A DNA stretch of 62,938 nt, counting the filler, from Lenisia limosa (lineage: Eukaryota; Protista; Breviatea): NCBI GenBank assembly GCA_001655205.1. It is 12 parts of 12 records of this genome, joined end to end, with 100 filler letters (N's around TTAATTAATTAA, not from the genome) between each part and the next. Parts side by side here need not be neighbours in the genome. Positions count along the whole stretch, not along the records: positions 1 to 22,927 come from LPNZ01003166.1; positions 23,028 to 26,021 come from LPNZ01005107.1; positions 26,122 to 32,604 come from LPNZ01004759.1; 9 more parts are not named here. One strand, 5' to 3'. The translations under genes and the position numbers were made by a program. The first letter of the stretch is position 1; each line of letters starts with the position of its first letter. Shown in pieces: positions 15,801 to 26,137 of the stretch. Under the pieces are notes generated by a model. The model was not told where the DNA came from, did no database searches, and saw only the letters and a list, made by a program, of their open reading frames with translations.

Positions 15801-18800
15801 TCAACTCCTCTCTGCTGAAAGAGACTTCAAGGTATGCCAGTTAGGGCATACTTCTTGATGTGCTCCTCAGTTGTTGGTCTTTTGAGCGAAAAGCACTTTT
15901 AATGACGGTGTAGGCTGCTGAAAAGAAGATGGGTCTTCGTGATGAAGAAGTAAGGAGATCGGTGAGACGGCGGGAATGGGAACTTTCACAGTCCACACAG
16001 GAAAGCCCCTTATCTCCGCAGTACATGGCGGAAGTTGACGAAATCCAAGCTCGACTCCAGCATGATATCCAAATCCGCGATCAAGAGATCCAGTCTCGGG
16101 ACACGGAAATTATGCGTCTGAGAGACCAAATCAATGCAGCTGAAAGAGACTTTAGAGTAGGCTGGCTGAAGCACACCGGCTTTCTTGTTGAAGAGGATAC
16201 ATGTTGTACTCATGGTTTCAGGCAACAGAGAAGCAAATTTTGCAGCGTGATGACGAGATTAGGAGAACAGTAGGCCTTGTGCTTTGTTCTATCATGGCCC
16301 TGTGCTTTGTTCACTATCATTGGATCTTTGCTTTTGTTTCTCACAGTTTTGCAGTACACAGAAGTGGACGAGTATGAGTCTCGCTTCCGTGCCGACCTGA
16401 ACGTGAGGGAGCAGGAGCTCTTGGCGTCTCAGAGGGAGGCCCAGGCATTGAGTCAGAAACTGTCCATCGTTGAGAGGGAGTTTAAGGTATGCAAGGGATA
16501 GAATGCTGTGTGTACAGAGTTGTAAGGCAAATGATTGGGTGAATTAAAATTATACAATAAACCGATATCTCTTATTAGTGTGATGGTGTGGACGGCTTCG
16601 GCCAAAACAACCTTATTTTCCATTGCTAAAAAAACATGCAGGGATGTGATTTGCGGTCTTAGATCTGAATGGCCGTTTCTCACATTGACAGACCCTTGAG
16701 GCGGACTTGACTTTCAAAATCGAGCAGAAATCTGAGGACTCAAGGAAAGCCGTAAGTGGCGTGATTTCTTGATTGCATATTTGTTTTACAATTTAGTACA
16801 TGGCGGAAGTTGACGATATTCAAGCCCGGCTTCAAAATGACATTCAGAACCGCGATAAAGAAATCCAGGCTCGGGACACGGAAATCCTGAGATTGAGGGA
16901 CCAAATCAATGTTGCTGAAAGAGACTTTAGGGTTGGTGTCTTCTGGACTTCTCATTTGCCATCAATCATGGCTCACGTCTCAGGCGACAGAAAAGCAGGT
17001 CGTGGATCGCGAGGAAGAAATTAGAAGAACTGTGGGCTAAACCTTTATGATTTCTGGGTGTCCAGTGAATATGACTCTCATCCCACAGTACACTGAAGTT
17101 GATGAGATTGAAGAGCGGTGTCGTTCCGATCTTCAGATCCGGGAGCAGGAGCTTATAGCTTCTCAACGCGAGTGCCAATCCCTCCACCAGAAGCTTGCTC
17201 TTCTCGAGCGTGACTTCAAGGTTAGTTGTCCTTGTTCTTTTGATCTCATGATCCAGACTATGGAGATTGAGGTTATGCGTCGAATGGAGCAAAAGGCTGA
17301 AGATGCTAAGAAATCTGTAAGCCTTTGAAATTTGAGCTATTTAATCGGTACTGTATTTGGTCTTTCGCTTTTATCATCTCTTAATAATAACTTTGTGTCA
17401 GTTTTCAAATTCGAAACTTCTTTAACCCCCCCCCCCCCCNNNNNNNNNNNNNNNNNNNNNNNNNNNNNNNNNNNNNNNNNNNNNNNNNNNNNNNNNNNNN
17501 NNNNNNNNNNNNNNNNNNNNNNNNNNNNNNNNNNNNNNNNNNNNTGAGTTTCATTACTGGAGCAGTAGCCTAAGGTGGAAGGAGAAACATATGTGAGGGA
17601 ATAATTTCATTCATTTATGACGTGGTTGTTACAGCCTTTCATTATTGCATTTGGAGTTTTACCATTCAGGTGACCGAAAAACATATCGCACAGAGAGATG
17701 ATGAGCTTCGAAGGATCGTATGAGGGCAAAAACTCCAGCCTTTCAATTCTGACTTCATATCATCACTCCCATTTGTGTGGAAACTTGCAACCCAACTGAC
17801 CGACTAACCCCGTAGTTTACGGAGGTTGACGAGGTTGAAGACCGCAACCGAACCGAACTGCAGGAAAGAGAGCAGCAGCTTCTTCACTGCGAAAAGGAGT
17901 CAGCTGAACTGAGACAGAAGCTCCTCACAATGGAGAAGGAGTTTAAAGTAGTCCAAATGCAGCAATCGCATCCATAACTGCTGTAGACAATGGAAACTGA
18001 GCTGACTCGTACAATCGAACAACAAGATGAGGATCTGAGAAAACTCGCATGGGAGAAGGAGGCTTTCGTATGCGATTTATCATACATATGCACTTCATAC
18101 TCTCAACTTGGCTTTAACCATGTCCTTATTTGCTCAGAACAAAACCGAACTGGATGATGCCAAGGACGCCAAAATTCTCAAACTTCGGGACCAAATCTCA
18201 GCCTGGCAGCAGGAATATCAGGTTGGCGCTCATCGTCTCCCTTTTGTACTGTTTGCTGTATATGTAATATCGGAGCTTGTTACATCCCCATTACTCCCCC
18301 CCTCCAGGTTTGGGTTGAGAGGGCCCGTTTGGAGCTCGAGGCTGAAATCCGAACCAAATACGAGTCTGCCCATGCCACTCTTGGCGCACAGCTTATTTCA
18401 GTGCGAGGGTTCAGGATTTACATATCTCCCCTTTAATCTTTTTTTGTTAACCCTTTCCTTTCAATTATATTTCTCTCAGTATATGAGGTTTGGAGACTAC
18501 CTCGTCATTGTTGACCTTTATTGTGACCTTTGGTGTTGACCTTTACAGGACACTGAGGACTTCCGGAAGGAGCAGGAGAAGGCGCTCGACCGGCGTGAAA
18601 TGGCCTTGGTAAGTCCAGCCTTCCATATCGTGTAGCCTGACATTATGCCAGTCTTCTGTATCTTGCCTGACATTATGCTCACTGACCAGGTTGAAAGGGA
18701 GCTTGCGATTGTAGAAAAGACCAAAAATGAGAGGGCTGAGCACGAGGCAGCCTTGATGACCAAGAAGGAGGAAATTGAGAACCAGCTCAACTCTAAGGTC

Positions 18801-21800
18801 TGATCTGAAGAACGCCCATTTGAATCGCTTCAATTTTCATTGGTCCAGATCCAAGAGCTCCAGGTGGAAGCCGAGAGATTGGTGCAGGACAGGGCGGAAG
18901 AGAGCCACACTCTCAGACAAAAACTCTCAAATGAATACACTGTTGGGGGGGGGGGGNNNNNNNNNNNNNNNNNNNNNNNNNNNNNNNNNNNNNNNNNNNN
19001 NNNNNNNNNNNNNNNNNNNNNNNNNNNNNNNNNNNNNNNNNNNNNNNNNNNNNNNNNNNNNNNTAATATATTGTTGTTATTCTGTGGAATAGTTACCATC
19101 ATGATTCCAAGTTACACTTGCCATTCCGACCAAGATTGACCCTGCAGGAGGCGTACGACAAGGAAGTCGAGGCCTTCAGAGTGGCCGTGCAGGAGCAACT
19201 GGACGCAATGGAAAGTGAAATCCATGACCTCGCTAACACCAACAACGGTTTGCTGACTGCTTCTCTTCACTTACATTGTAGTTTTGTTGTCAGAAAAGGC
19301 ACGGATTGAGGGAGAGGTTCGATCGCAAATCGCTCAAGTCAGGGCTCAATCAGCCACTGAGGTATGACCCTTCTTACCTAATGTTTCACTCTCTGGACGT
19401 TTCCATCTTATGACACTCAGACCGCAACCCTTCGAGCAAACCACATGGCAGACCTCAACCATAGAGATGACGAGATCAGCAAGCTCCGGCAGGAAGTGGT
19501 GGACACCAACGCCGATCGCGAAAGTTGGTGGTGGTAGAAGGAGATAAAGTGGAGAGATTGAATGCTTTTGTTCTGACGCTTTAGTTTGGGAAGAACGGGT
19601 CAAGTCCGAAGCCAAGCTGGAAGCTGCGGACGAAATCGCCAGAGAGAAGGTTGGAATGGCTGGGATTGGAGTACACTATCGCAAGCCACATGCAGATTTT
19701 AGTCTGTAGAGCATGATGCACACGGAGATCGCCGAAAGAGACGCGTCTCTATTGGACCTTAAGGAGCAAGTCGCCGCATATGAACGTAAGCAAGGGTCAA
19801 AGGAACAAGGTGAATGCTTTGAAACCCTGACCGCTAAGGCGAATACCCCCTGTGGCTAGAAAGGGCTCGGCGAGAGATTGAAGACGACCTACGCGACCGT
19901 TATGAATTGGTTGCGAAGGAGGTCGAAAAACAGGTCGGTTCATTAGGCATTTGATAGCTTTGACATTTTGCAACCCCCCTTACCACTTCAGCTTTCTGAA
20001 GACACTGACGCGATTCGCGCCACGCAGGAGAAGCAATTGCGTCATCGCGAAGAGCTTCTTGTTGAGAAAGAGGTCTGAACCTGGAACATTTCGTTCCGTG
20101 AAAATAATAGTGTGTAACTGCCATTTAACTAGTTTACCTTTCTCTGACTCAATAGCGTGAAATGAGAGCGAAGCTTCAGGCCCTACAGGAGCTCCATGAA
20201 GAGACCCAGGCCAAGGCACGTGAGGCCTTTGACACTGAGCTTCTCAAGAGGGAGGAAGGTGGGCATGGGCTTCTCAACAATAGTGTTAATATGATTTTCT
20301 ATAATGGTGTGTACCTTGGCCAGAGTCACGGAGCTAATTTATCGTTCAGAGCACATGCAGTCTCTGAGTGACCTCAAGCGGGAGCATGATAAGGATGAGG
20401 CCGAACGAGTAGTTGCGGCTGCCACTGAGTTGAGAGAGAAAATGGCGGCTTTGGAGGAAGCAGATAAGGCAAGAGCTAAGGTTGGTTTTGGGCCCCATGT
20501 TGAACTGCTTAAATAAACGAAGAAAGGAAACGTCATTGCCCTGTTTAATGACACCAGGACTTCGCGAAGAAGGAGTGCGAACTGCTTAAGGACATGGAGG
20601 ACCTCAGAGTAGAAGTACATAATGCTCAGGTAATGGCTGAATGGGGGGGCGGGGGGGATTTGGATCAAGCCCCAGTTTGCAAGAAATTAAAGTGATGGTA
20701 CATAATTCTGCAGGTTGAACTGGAACGTGTGAAGGTGACCGCTGAGGCACAGGCCCAGTCCACAATGGAGGAAGAAAGAACAAAGCTGAGGTACGAAAGC
20801 ATACAGTATCATGGTTTGATTTATTTCCTTCAGAAGGGAGGAAGTTGAGCTGAAGGCGCAGTTAGCGCAGAAAGAAGCAGGAATGTTCAGTGACGTTGAT
20901 GCCCAAACAATCGCGTTGAGAGAGAAAGTGCGAACATATCATGATGCTGCTATATTGTCTATTCTAAACTTCTTCAACTTTTAGTTTCGTTATTTTGCCT
21001 TATTTCTTTTGAATTTGCCTAACTGTGTTAGGAACTTGAACTTGAACGTGAGAAGGGCGAGTATGAAGCAAGGCTCTTGGAAGAGTTTGAAGCAAAGATG
21101 CGCGACGTGGTACGCATACATCTTCGTATTCATCATCATGCCCATTTAACCTCTTCTTATTCATTATCATGCCCATTTAACTACTTCTGCAGGTTCGTGA
21201 CAAGAACAACATCCAACAGGAAAAGCTTGCATATGAGTCCCAACTTCGGGCTCAATATGAGCAGCAACTTGTGGAGATGGGTAGCCAAGAGGCGGTCTTC
21301 AGGGTTGGGGGGGGGTGACCTGTGCCACTGTGGATGGTAATCTTGGAGGCATTTTAGCCGGAATTTGATCCCATAGAACGAGCTTGAGACTTATGAGCGG
21401 AAGCTGTGGGAGAGGTTCCAAGAAATGGCAAGGGAACACAGCGCCGCGCTTCAGTCTGAAGGAAACGCCAGGAGGGAGGTTGGCTGGACTTTCAGCTGAA
21501 CATTATTAATATTGCCCTACTTTTCTGGGAGTTTTGCGTTGTTTGTTTGATATCTTGCTGCAACATTGACCTTGGATAACGGAGCAGGAGGCAGCACGTG
21601 CGTTAGCCGAACTTGCGAGACGCGAAGTTGATGTTGTGCGTAAACAGGAGACTGAAGAGGCTCGGCTGCAGCAGCGGCTGAGGGACCTCAAGAAGGAAGT
21701 CATGGATGCTGATGGTGGGGTTTTTTGACCAAACATTGCACACTGATACTTCAGCTTCGCGCCAAGAGGAGTACAAAGAGAGAAAAGACGAGCTTGAGGC

Positions 21801-22766
21801 TGAACAAGAGGCATGGCTACGTGGCGCACGAGAAAGAGAGGAAAAGGCATCCCGAGCCCGGTCCGACCTTGAAACCTCGCTTAAGAGAGACCATGATAGA
21901 AGATTGCTTGAGCTACGGTTGGTCTTATCTTCTGAGTGTATTTCTCGCATTCCCTTTTTTTTTCATTGCATCTACCGTTGTGTTTCGCTCTTGTTTTTGC
22001 TATTATTACCATTCATCAACCAACCCCACCCCCAGTGAAAGAGAAAAAGAGCTGCAAACACAGATTGTTGCGCGAGAAAGAGAGCTGCTGCGCCAGTTTG
22101 ACTCCAAGTCCAACGAGCTGCATGAGAAATGTGGGCGTCAGTCTAACATTTGGCAAAATACTTGGCCACTACTGCGATTGACATGTCTTTCAGCTGCCTC
22201 GCTTGAGCGGGAGTACGTGACTCTGGAGGGAGACCTACGACGACAATGGGAGGCCAAGCTTGAAGAGGGACGTAATGTCTTCGTACGCTGAAAAACGGGT
22301 GACTAAGACCAGATGAGCTTGACTGAATCTGTTTCAATGGGAATGTGTTCTGTCTGACGTTACTTCCTATTCCGTCATTAACACCCCTCCCTTATTCCTG
22401 CCGAATAACAAAGCAGGAGCAGAACACGACTCTTCGACGCGAAATTAACGACTTAAAAAGCCAGCTGGTACGCTCCATCCCTTAAAAATACCGTGATTTC
22501 TCCAATGTCCGTATCTAATAATTCTGCAGGCTGAATCGCACTTTGCTGTGGATCGTGCTCTCCATGCTGCCCGCTCTGAGCTTGAGAGCCAATTCTCTCA
22601 AAACAACGTGGGAGTCTGGACTGTGAATTTTCCATAGACATATTATTGTTGATCGTGTAGGTTGCCGGCAAGGATGCTGAAATAGCCTCCCTCAAAACGA
22701 AGATCGCAGATCTAGAGTCCCAACTCACAACCAAAACATCGCAGCTGAGATCTGAAATCGAGGCAG
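12816..22766 (+). CDS. Large protein with about 3 N-terminal ankyrin repeats followed by a very long repetitive coiled coil; 3' end cut by the linker at 22928
   Basis: MTSNLFQAAGNNQIEVVKQLISSGTDVNQQD / ALNTALHWCAHEGFLEIAQFLIRNGANPSIQNQRGWTPLHAAVSNGRVELSKILIDCG, then dozens of E/R/Q/L-rich GT-AG exons. Confidence 0.88.
13534..18067 (+). repeat. Tandem array of about 15 homologous coding exons (44-47 aa, one longer) interleaved with 16-27 aa linker exons, all phase 0
   Basis: Recurrent YMAEVDEIQARLQRDIQ.RDQEIQ.RDTEI.RL.DQI..AERDF(K/R) exons and ATEK.I.QRDDEIRR exons. Confidence 0.92.
16487..16630 (+). mobile_element. Family C dispersed repeat starting at a 5' splice site
   Basis: AAG|gtatgc...ctgtgtgtacagagttgtaaggcaaatgattgggtgaatt...tctcttattagtgtgatggtgtggacggcttcggcca...ccattgcta. 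Confidence 0.8.
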
Positions 22767-22971
22767 GTTTGAGGATATGACAGGATATGACCAATGCTCT
22801 GTTTGATATGACCAATGCTTTGTTTGAGGATATGACCGATGCTCTTCCATGAATAATTTATTAGGGTTGCCTCCCTTGTTTGTTTTTCTGTATTCCAATC
22901 CTCATGTGTCTTCGATGTTTTCTTTTGNNNNNNNNNNNNNNNNNNNNNNNNNNNNNNNNNNNNNNNNNNNN

Positions 22972-22983
22972 TTAATTAATTAA
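22972..22983. other. Artificial six-frame-stop linker (first of 11; others at 26066, 32649, 35082, 38107, 47591, 49013, 50604, 53014, 55105, 60734)
   Basis: TTAATTAATTAA flanked by 44 N on each side in the cases counted (100 nt total); self-complementary with stops in all six frames. Confidence 0.97.
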
Positions 22984-23027
22984 NNNNNNNNNNNNNNNNN
23001 NNNNNNNNNNNNNNNNNNNNNNNNNNN

Positions 23028-23114
23028 TTCGGTTCGAAAAAGACCGGTAAAATATCGATAGTTTTCGAAGATTTGTCGATAAATTCAGTCTTTTCAAACC
23101 GAAGTGAAGCCCTA
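23028..23114. mobile_element. Family A MITE (left end in gap)
   Basis: ttcggttcgaaaaagacc...caaaccgaagtgaagcccTA. Confidence 0.85.
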
Positions 23115-23256
23115 GGCAACCCTCGTGTGTTGTCAGCCAACAGGTTTTTTTTTCTTCTTTTTTCTTTTCATTTTGCATTTGCACTTTCCCATTACACCCC
23201 CCGTTAATACTCATCATTGGAGTTTATTTCTCTATTCATCCCTTAAATCAAAACAG

Positions 23257-23900
23257 TTTCTTTCACCCCACACCCCAAGTGACTGGCCCGGGCTTTGTTT
23301 GTTTTATTGTAATCAACCCTTGTGTGTTGTCAGCCAGCAGAGTTGATTTGGGCTTTTGTGTTTCATAAATTTCCCATTTTTACTCCCCCCCCCCCCAGGA
23401 TCTGCCACGGTGGTTTGAGGTCAGTGGAGGCAAAGTGGCTGCTATCCCTAGATGCAACTTCACACTTACTCCTTTGACTGTGGGAGGGGGATTTGCTTCA
23501 GACACGGCGCTTGGTGGTTATAACATAGCGAGGCTTGACTATGACAACACGCTGTCATAGCCTTCTTCGCCCACTCCATCCCTAGCAAGATTCCTGTTAG
23601 AATACCCAAATTGAATAATCTAAATAGCTGCATTCAAAGAGTTTAACACTATATCTCAACCCGCACCCCTCACAGTGATGAGATGTAGTGCTGCAGAAGC
23701 GACTGACCTGGGCTTTGTATGTAATGTTATCAGCCCTCATGTGTTGTCAGCCAACAGAGTTGATTTGAGCTTTATTTGTTTCATAAATTTTCCGATCACT
23801 CTCATCGCCTTAGTTTCCCAATCCAATGGCAGTGGTAATCATTGGAGGCAGTAGTGTAGATGGAATGGTTTCCGATAATCTTGTTCTCAATTGCTATTCG
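23257..23900 (+). CDS. Kelch-repeat-like protein fragment (probably continues in Ser-rich exons to about 25700)
   Basis: Exons 23399-23479 and 23814-23900 join as DLPRWFEVSGGKVAAIPRCNFTLTPLT|FPNPMAVVIIGGSSVDGMVSDNLVLNCYS, fitting the Kelch pattern W..PR..T..hhhhGG. Confidence 0.55.
23279..23398 (+). mobile_element. Family B repeat coextensive with a predicted 120-nt intron
   Basis: GTgactggcccgggctttgtttg...atcaacccttgtgtgttgtcagccagcagagttgatttgggctttt...tcataaatttcccattttactccccccccccAG. Confidence 0.75.
23672..23813 (+). mobile_element. Family B repeat ending at an acceptor
   Basis: gtgatgagatgtagtgctgcagaagcgactgacctgggctttg...tgtgttgtcagccaacagagttgatttgagc...tcataaattttcc...ttAG. Confidence 0.8.
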
Positions 23901-24819
23901 GTATGGCGGGTAATNNNNNNNNNNNNNNNNNNNNNNNNNNNNNNNNNNNNNNNNNNNNNNNNNNNNNNNNNNNNNNNNNNNNNNNNNNNNNNNNNNNNNN
24001 NNNNNNNNNNNNNNNNNNNNNNNNNNNNNNNNNNNNNNNNNNNNNNNNNNNNNNNNNNNNNNNNNNNNNTGAAAAGACTGGTACGGTCATGGGTGATCTT
24101 TAAGACAAATACTTCTTTTGGTTTATTTCGGTGACAGTGTTTGTGTTTGTATTTTCGGAATGGGAGCCGGGATGTTGCATTGTTGGCCCATTAACTCGTC
24201 TGTAGGTTTTGAGTCAAATTGCACTCACTTACTATCTAGTGGACGAAGCTCCCCTCTCAAGAGCCCCTCTCAGTCCTCTCTCGCAAAACTACCGGGAATC
24301 ATACATGGTGGGGGGGGGTTAATCTGCTGTCATTTTGTTGTGGGAATATAGCAGCTTTCAATTTGTGATAAAATGAACCGAACCGAACTGAACTTATTTG
24401 GGTTTTTTTACCTCCCAGCCCCAACACTCCACCCACTCTCAACGCGCCCCGTCTGAGTATTCAGTGAGGGGTTAGTGGTATGATGGAGTTTGATACCTGG
24501 GTGATAGGGATTGTATTTCAGCTCATTGCGATCATCTCAACCTTCCTTATTAGCACCATCCCCTTCCTCATTCATCATCATCACATTCAGCAGAATGGCA
24601 TCACCATCATATCTATCATCATCATCATCATCGTCGTCGTCGTCACAACCACCAATCACCATAATCCACTCCAGACGCACACGCGAACAACCAACGCTGC
24701 TAGTTCTCCGGCGCCCGAGGTCTCCCTTGGCCATTCCAACGTCACGACCCTCACAGGCCCTCCCCCTCCATTCCCAACATTTGCCCACGATAGTGTCATG
24801 AAAACCCCCCCTGAAGTCC

Positions 24820-24950
24820 GAAGTCTCTATTGGTTAGCGGTCGAATTAATATTATTCTATAATTCAATATATCTTATAAGCGTGATGATTTTGACGGCTT
24901 CGGCCAGATACAACCTTTTTTTTATTTCTCATTGCTGTATATTAATAGTG
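24820..24950 (+). mobile_element. Family C repeat
   Basis: gaattaatattattctataattcaatatatcttataagcgtgatgattttgacggcttcggccagatacaacc...ttctcattgct. Confidence 0.8.
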
Positions 24951-25374
24951 GTGACTGTTTTCTCCCGTCAAAACCAAAGCATCCCCCCCCCCCAATATTT
25001 TTCCTTTCGAAAACGTTTCGAGATGGACCATTAATCTGTTTAATTGTTTAATATTTTATGGCGTAGTGGACTATTTGACATCAAGGAACTAAAATCACAA
25101 CCTATGATATGAAAAGCGCATTCTTAGCATCAATCATATGGAGAACAGATTTGACCGGAAACCCCTCTGTTATTTCTTCAAGAAAATGTCTAACCATTTC
25201 AGTACACCAACCGAAAGTCCCATCAGTACTTCAGGTCTGGAAAGGAGTTGTCTCAACACGATCCAAAAAAGATAACTAATTCAGTATTATAACTCTTATT
25301 CGTCTTCCATTAATCATTCGATATTCCACCCGTCATTAATAGTAAATGATTGGGAGTATTATTATTATTGTACT

Positions 25375-25492
25375 ATAAAGGCAAATGTTTGGTTGAATTA
25401 ATATTATACAATAATCCAGTATCTCTTATAGGTGTGATGGACGGGTTCGGCCGGATACTACCTTGTTTTATATTTCTTATTGCTATATATAC
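25375..25492 (+). mobile_element. Family C repeat
   Basis: aaggcaaatgtttggttgaattaatattatacaataatccagtatctcttataggtgtgatggacgggttcggccggatac...ttcttattgctatatata. Confidence 0.8.
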
Positions 25493-26137
25493 CAGAATCC
25501 AACATCTGTGATATGCGTGATGTTGTGTACTATTTCTGCCTGTCAAAACCTGTTGTTTTCTTTTTCTCAAAATTTTTTCCGTTTCTTTTTTTCAAATATT
25601 ACACCGAAGTGATGTTGCAGCCTTTGTCAAACATACTTACATCTGGAATCATTAACATCCCTCTAGGATGGCAGGCCGCAGCGAACATTAAACAAAACCC
25701 GTAAGGCGGCGGCGGGGTACACCTAGTCTATGAGAGGAGGGGGTCAATCTTACATATAGAGGTGGCGCTTCTTCTTTAACCAATTATGTCTTCACTTCTT
25801 TCTACAACATGTGAATTAATATAATAATATAATAATATATCATATGCATATACTATAATCCAATTTCTCTTATAAGCGTGATACAACCTTGGTTTGTATA
25901 TCTCATTGCTATATTTTCTGAATATTCCCTCATTTCCTTTGCTTGGGAAAGAAAATAAAATTAAACAACAGTATCATGCATTCCTGAATTGACGCTTCAG
26001 GACCTTTAAGCGGCCAGGCTCNNNNNNNNNNNNNNNNNNNNNNNNNNNNNNNNNNNNNNNNNNNNTTAATTAATTAANNNNNNNNNNNNNNNNNNNNNNN
26101 NNNNNNNNNNNNNNNNNNNNNCCCCCCCCCCCTCCAG

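Noticed and set aside
13534-18067. Regularly spaced repeats as a CRISPR array
   Set aside because: The repeats are 130-200 nt coding exons with synonymous variation, bounded by AG and GT; there are no cas genes and the context is eukaryotic.
23672-23710. Family B as a box C/D snoRNA (GTGATGA...CTGA)
   Set aside because: Only this copy has both boxes; others read gtgatgg and lack CTGA, and no terminal stem was seen.
24480-25034. 184-aa His/Ile/Val-rich ORF as a membrane or metal-binding protein
   Set aside because: It is an alternative frame of an (atc)n/(gtc)n low-complexity stretch running into a family C repeat; the Ser-rich frame is more plausible.
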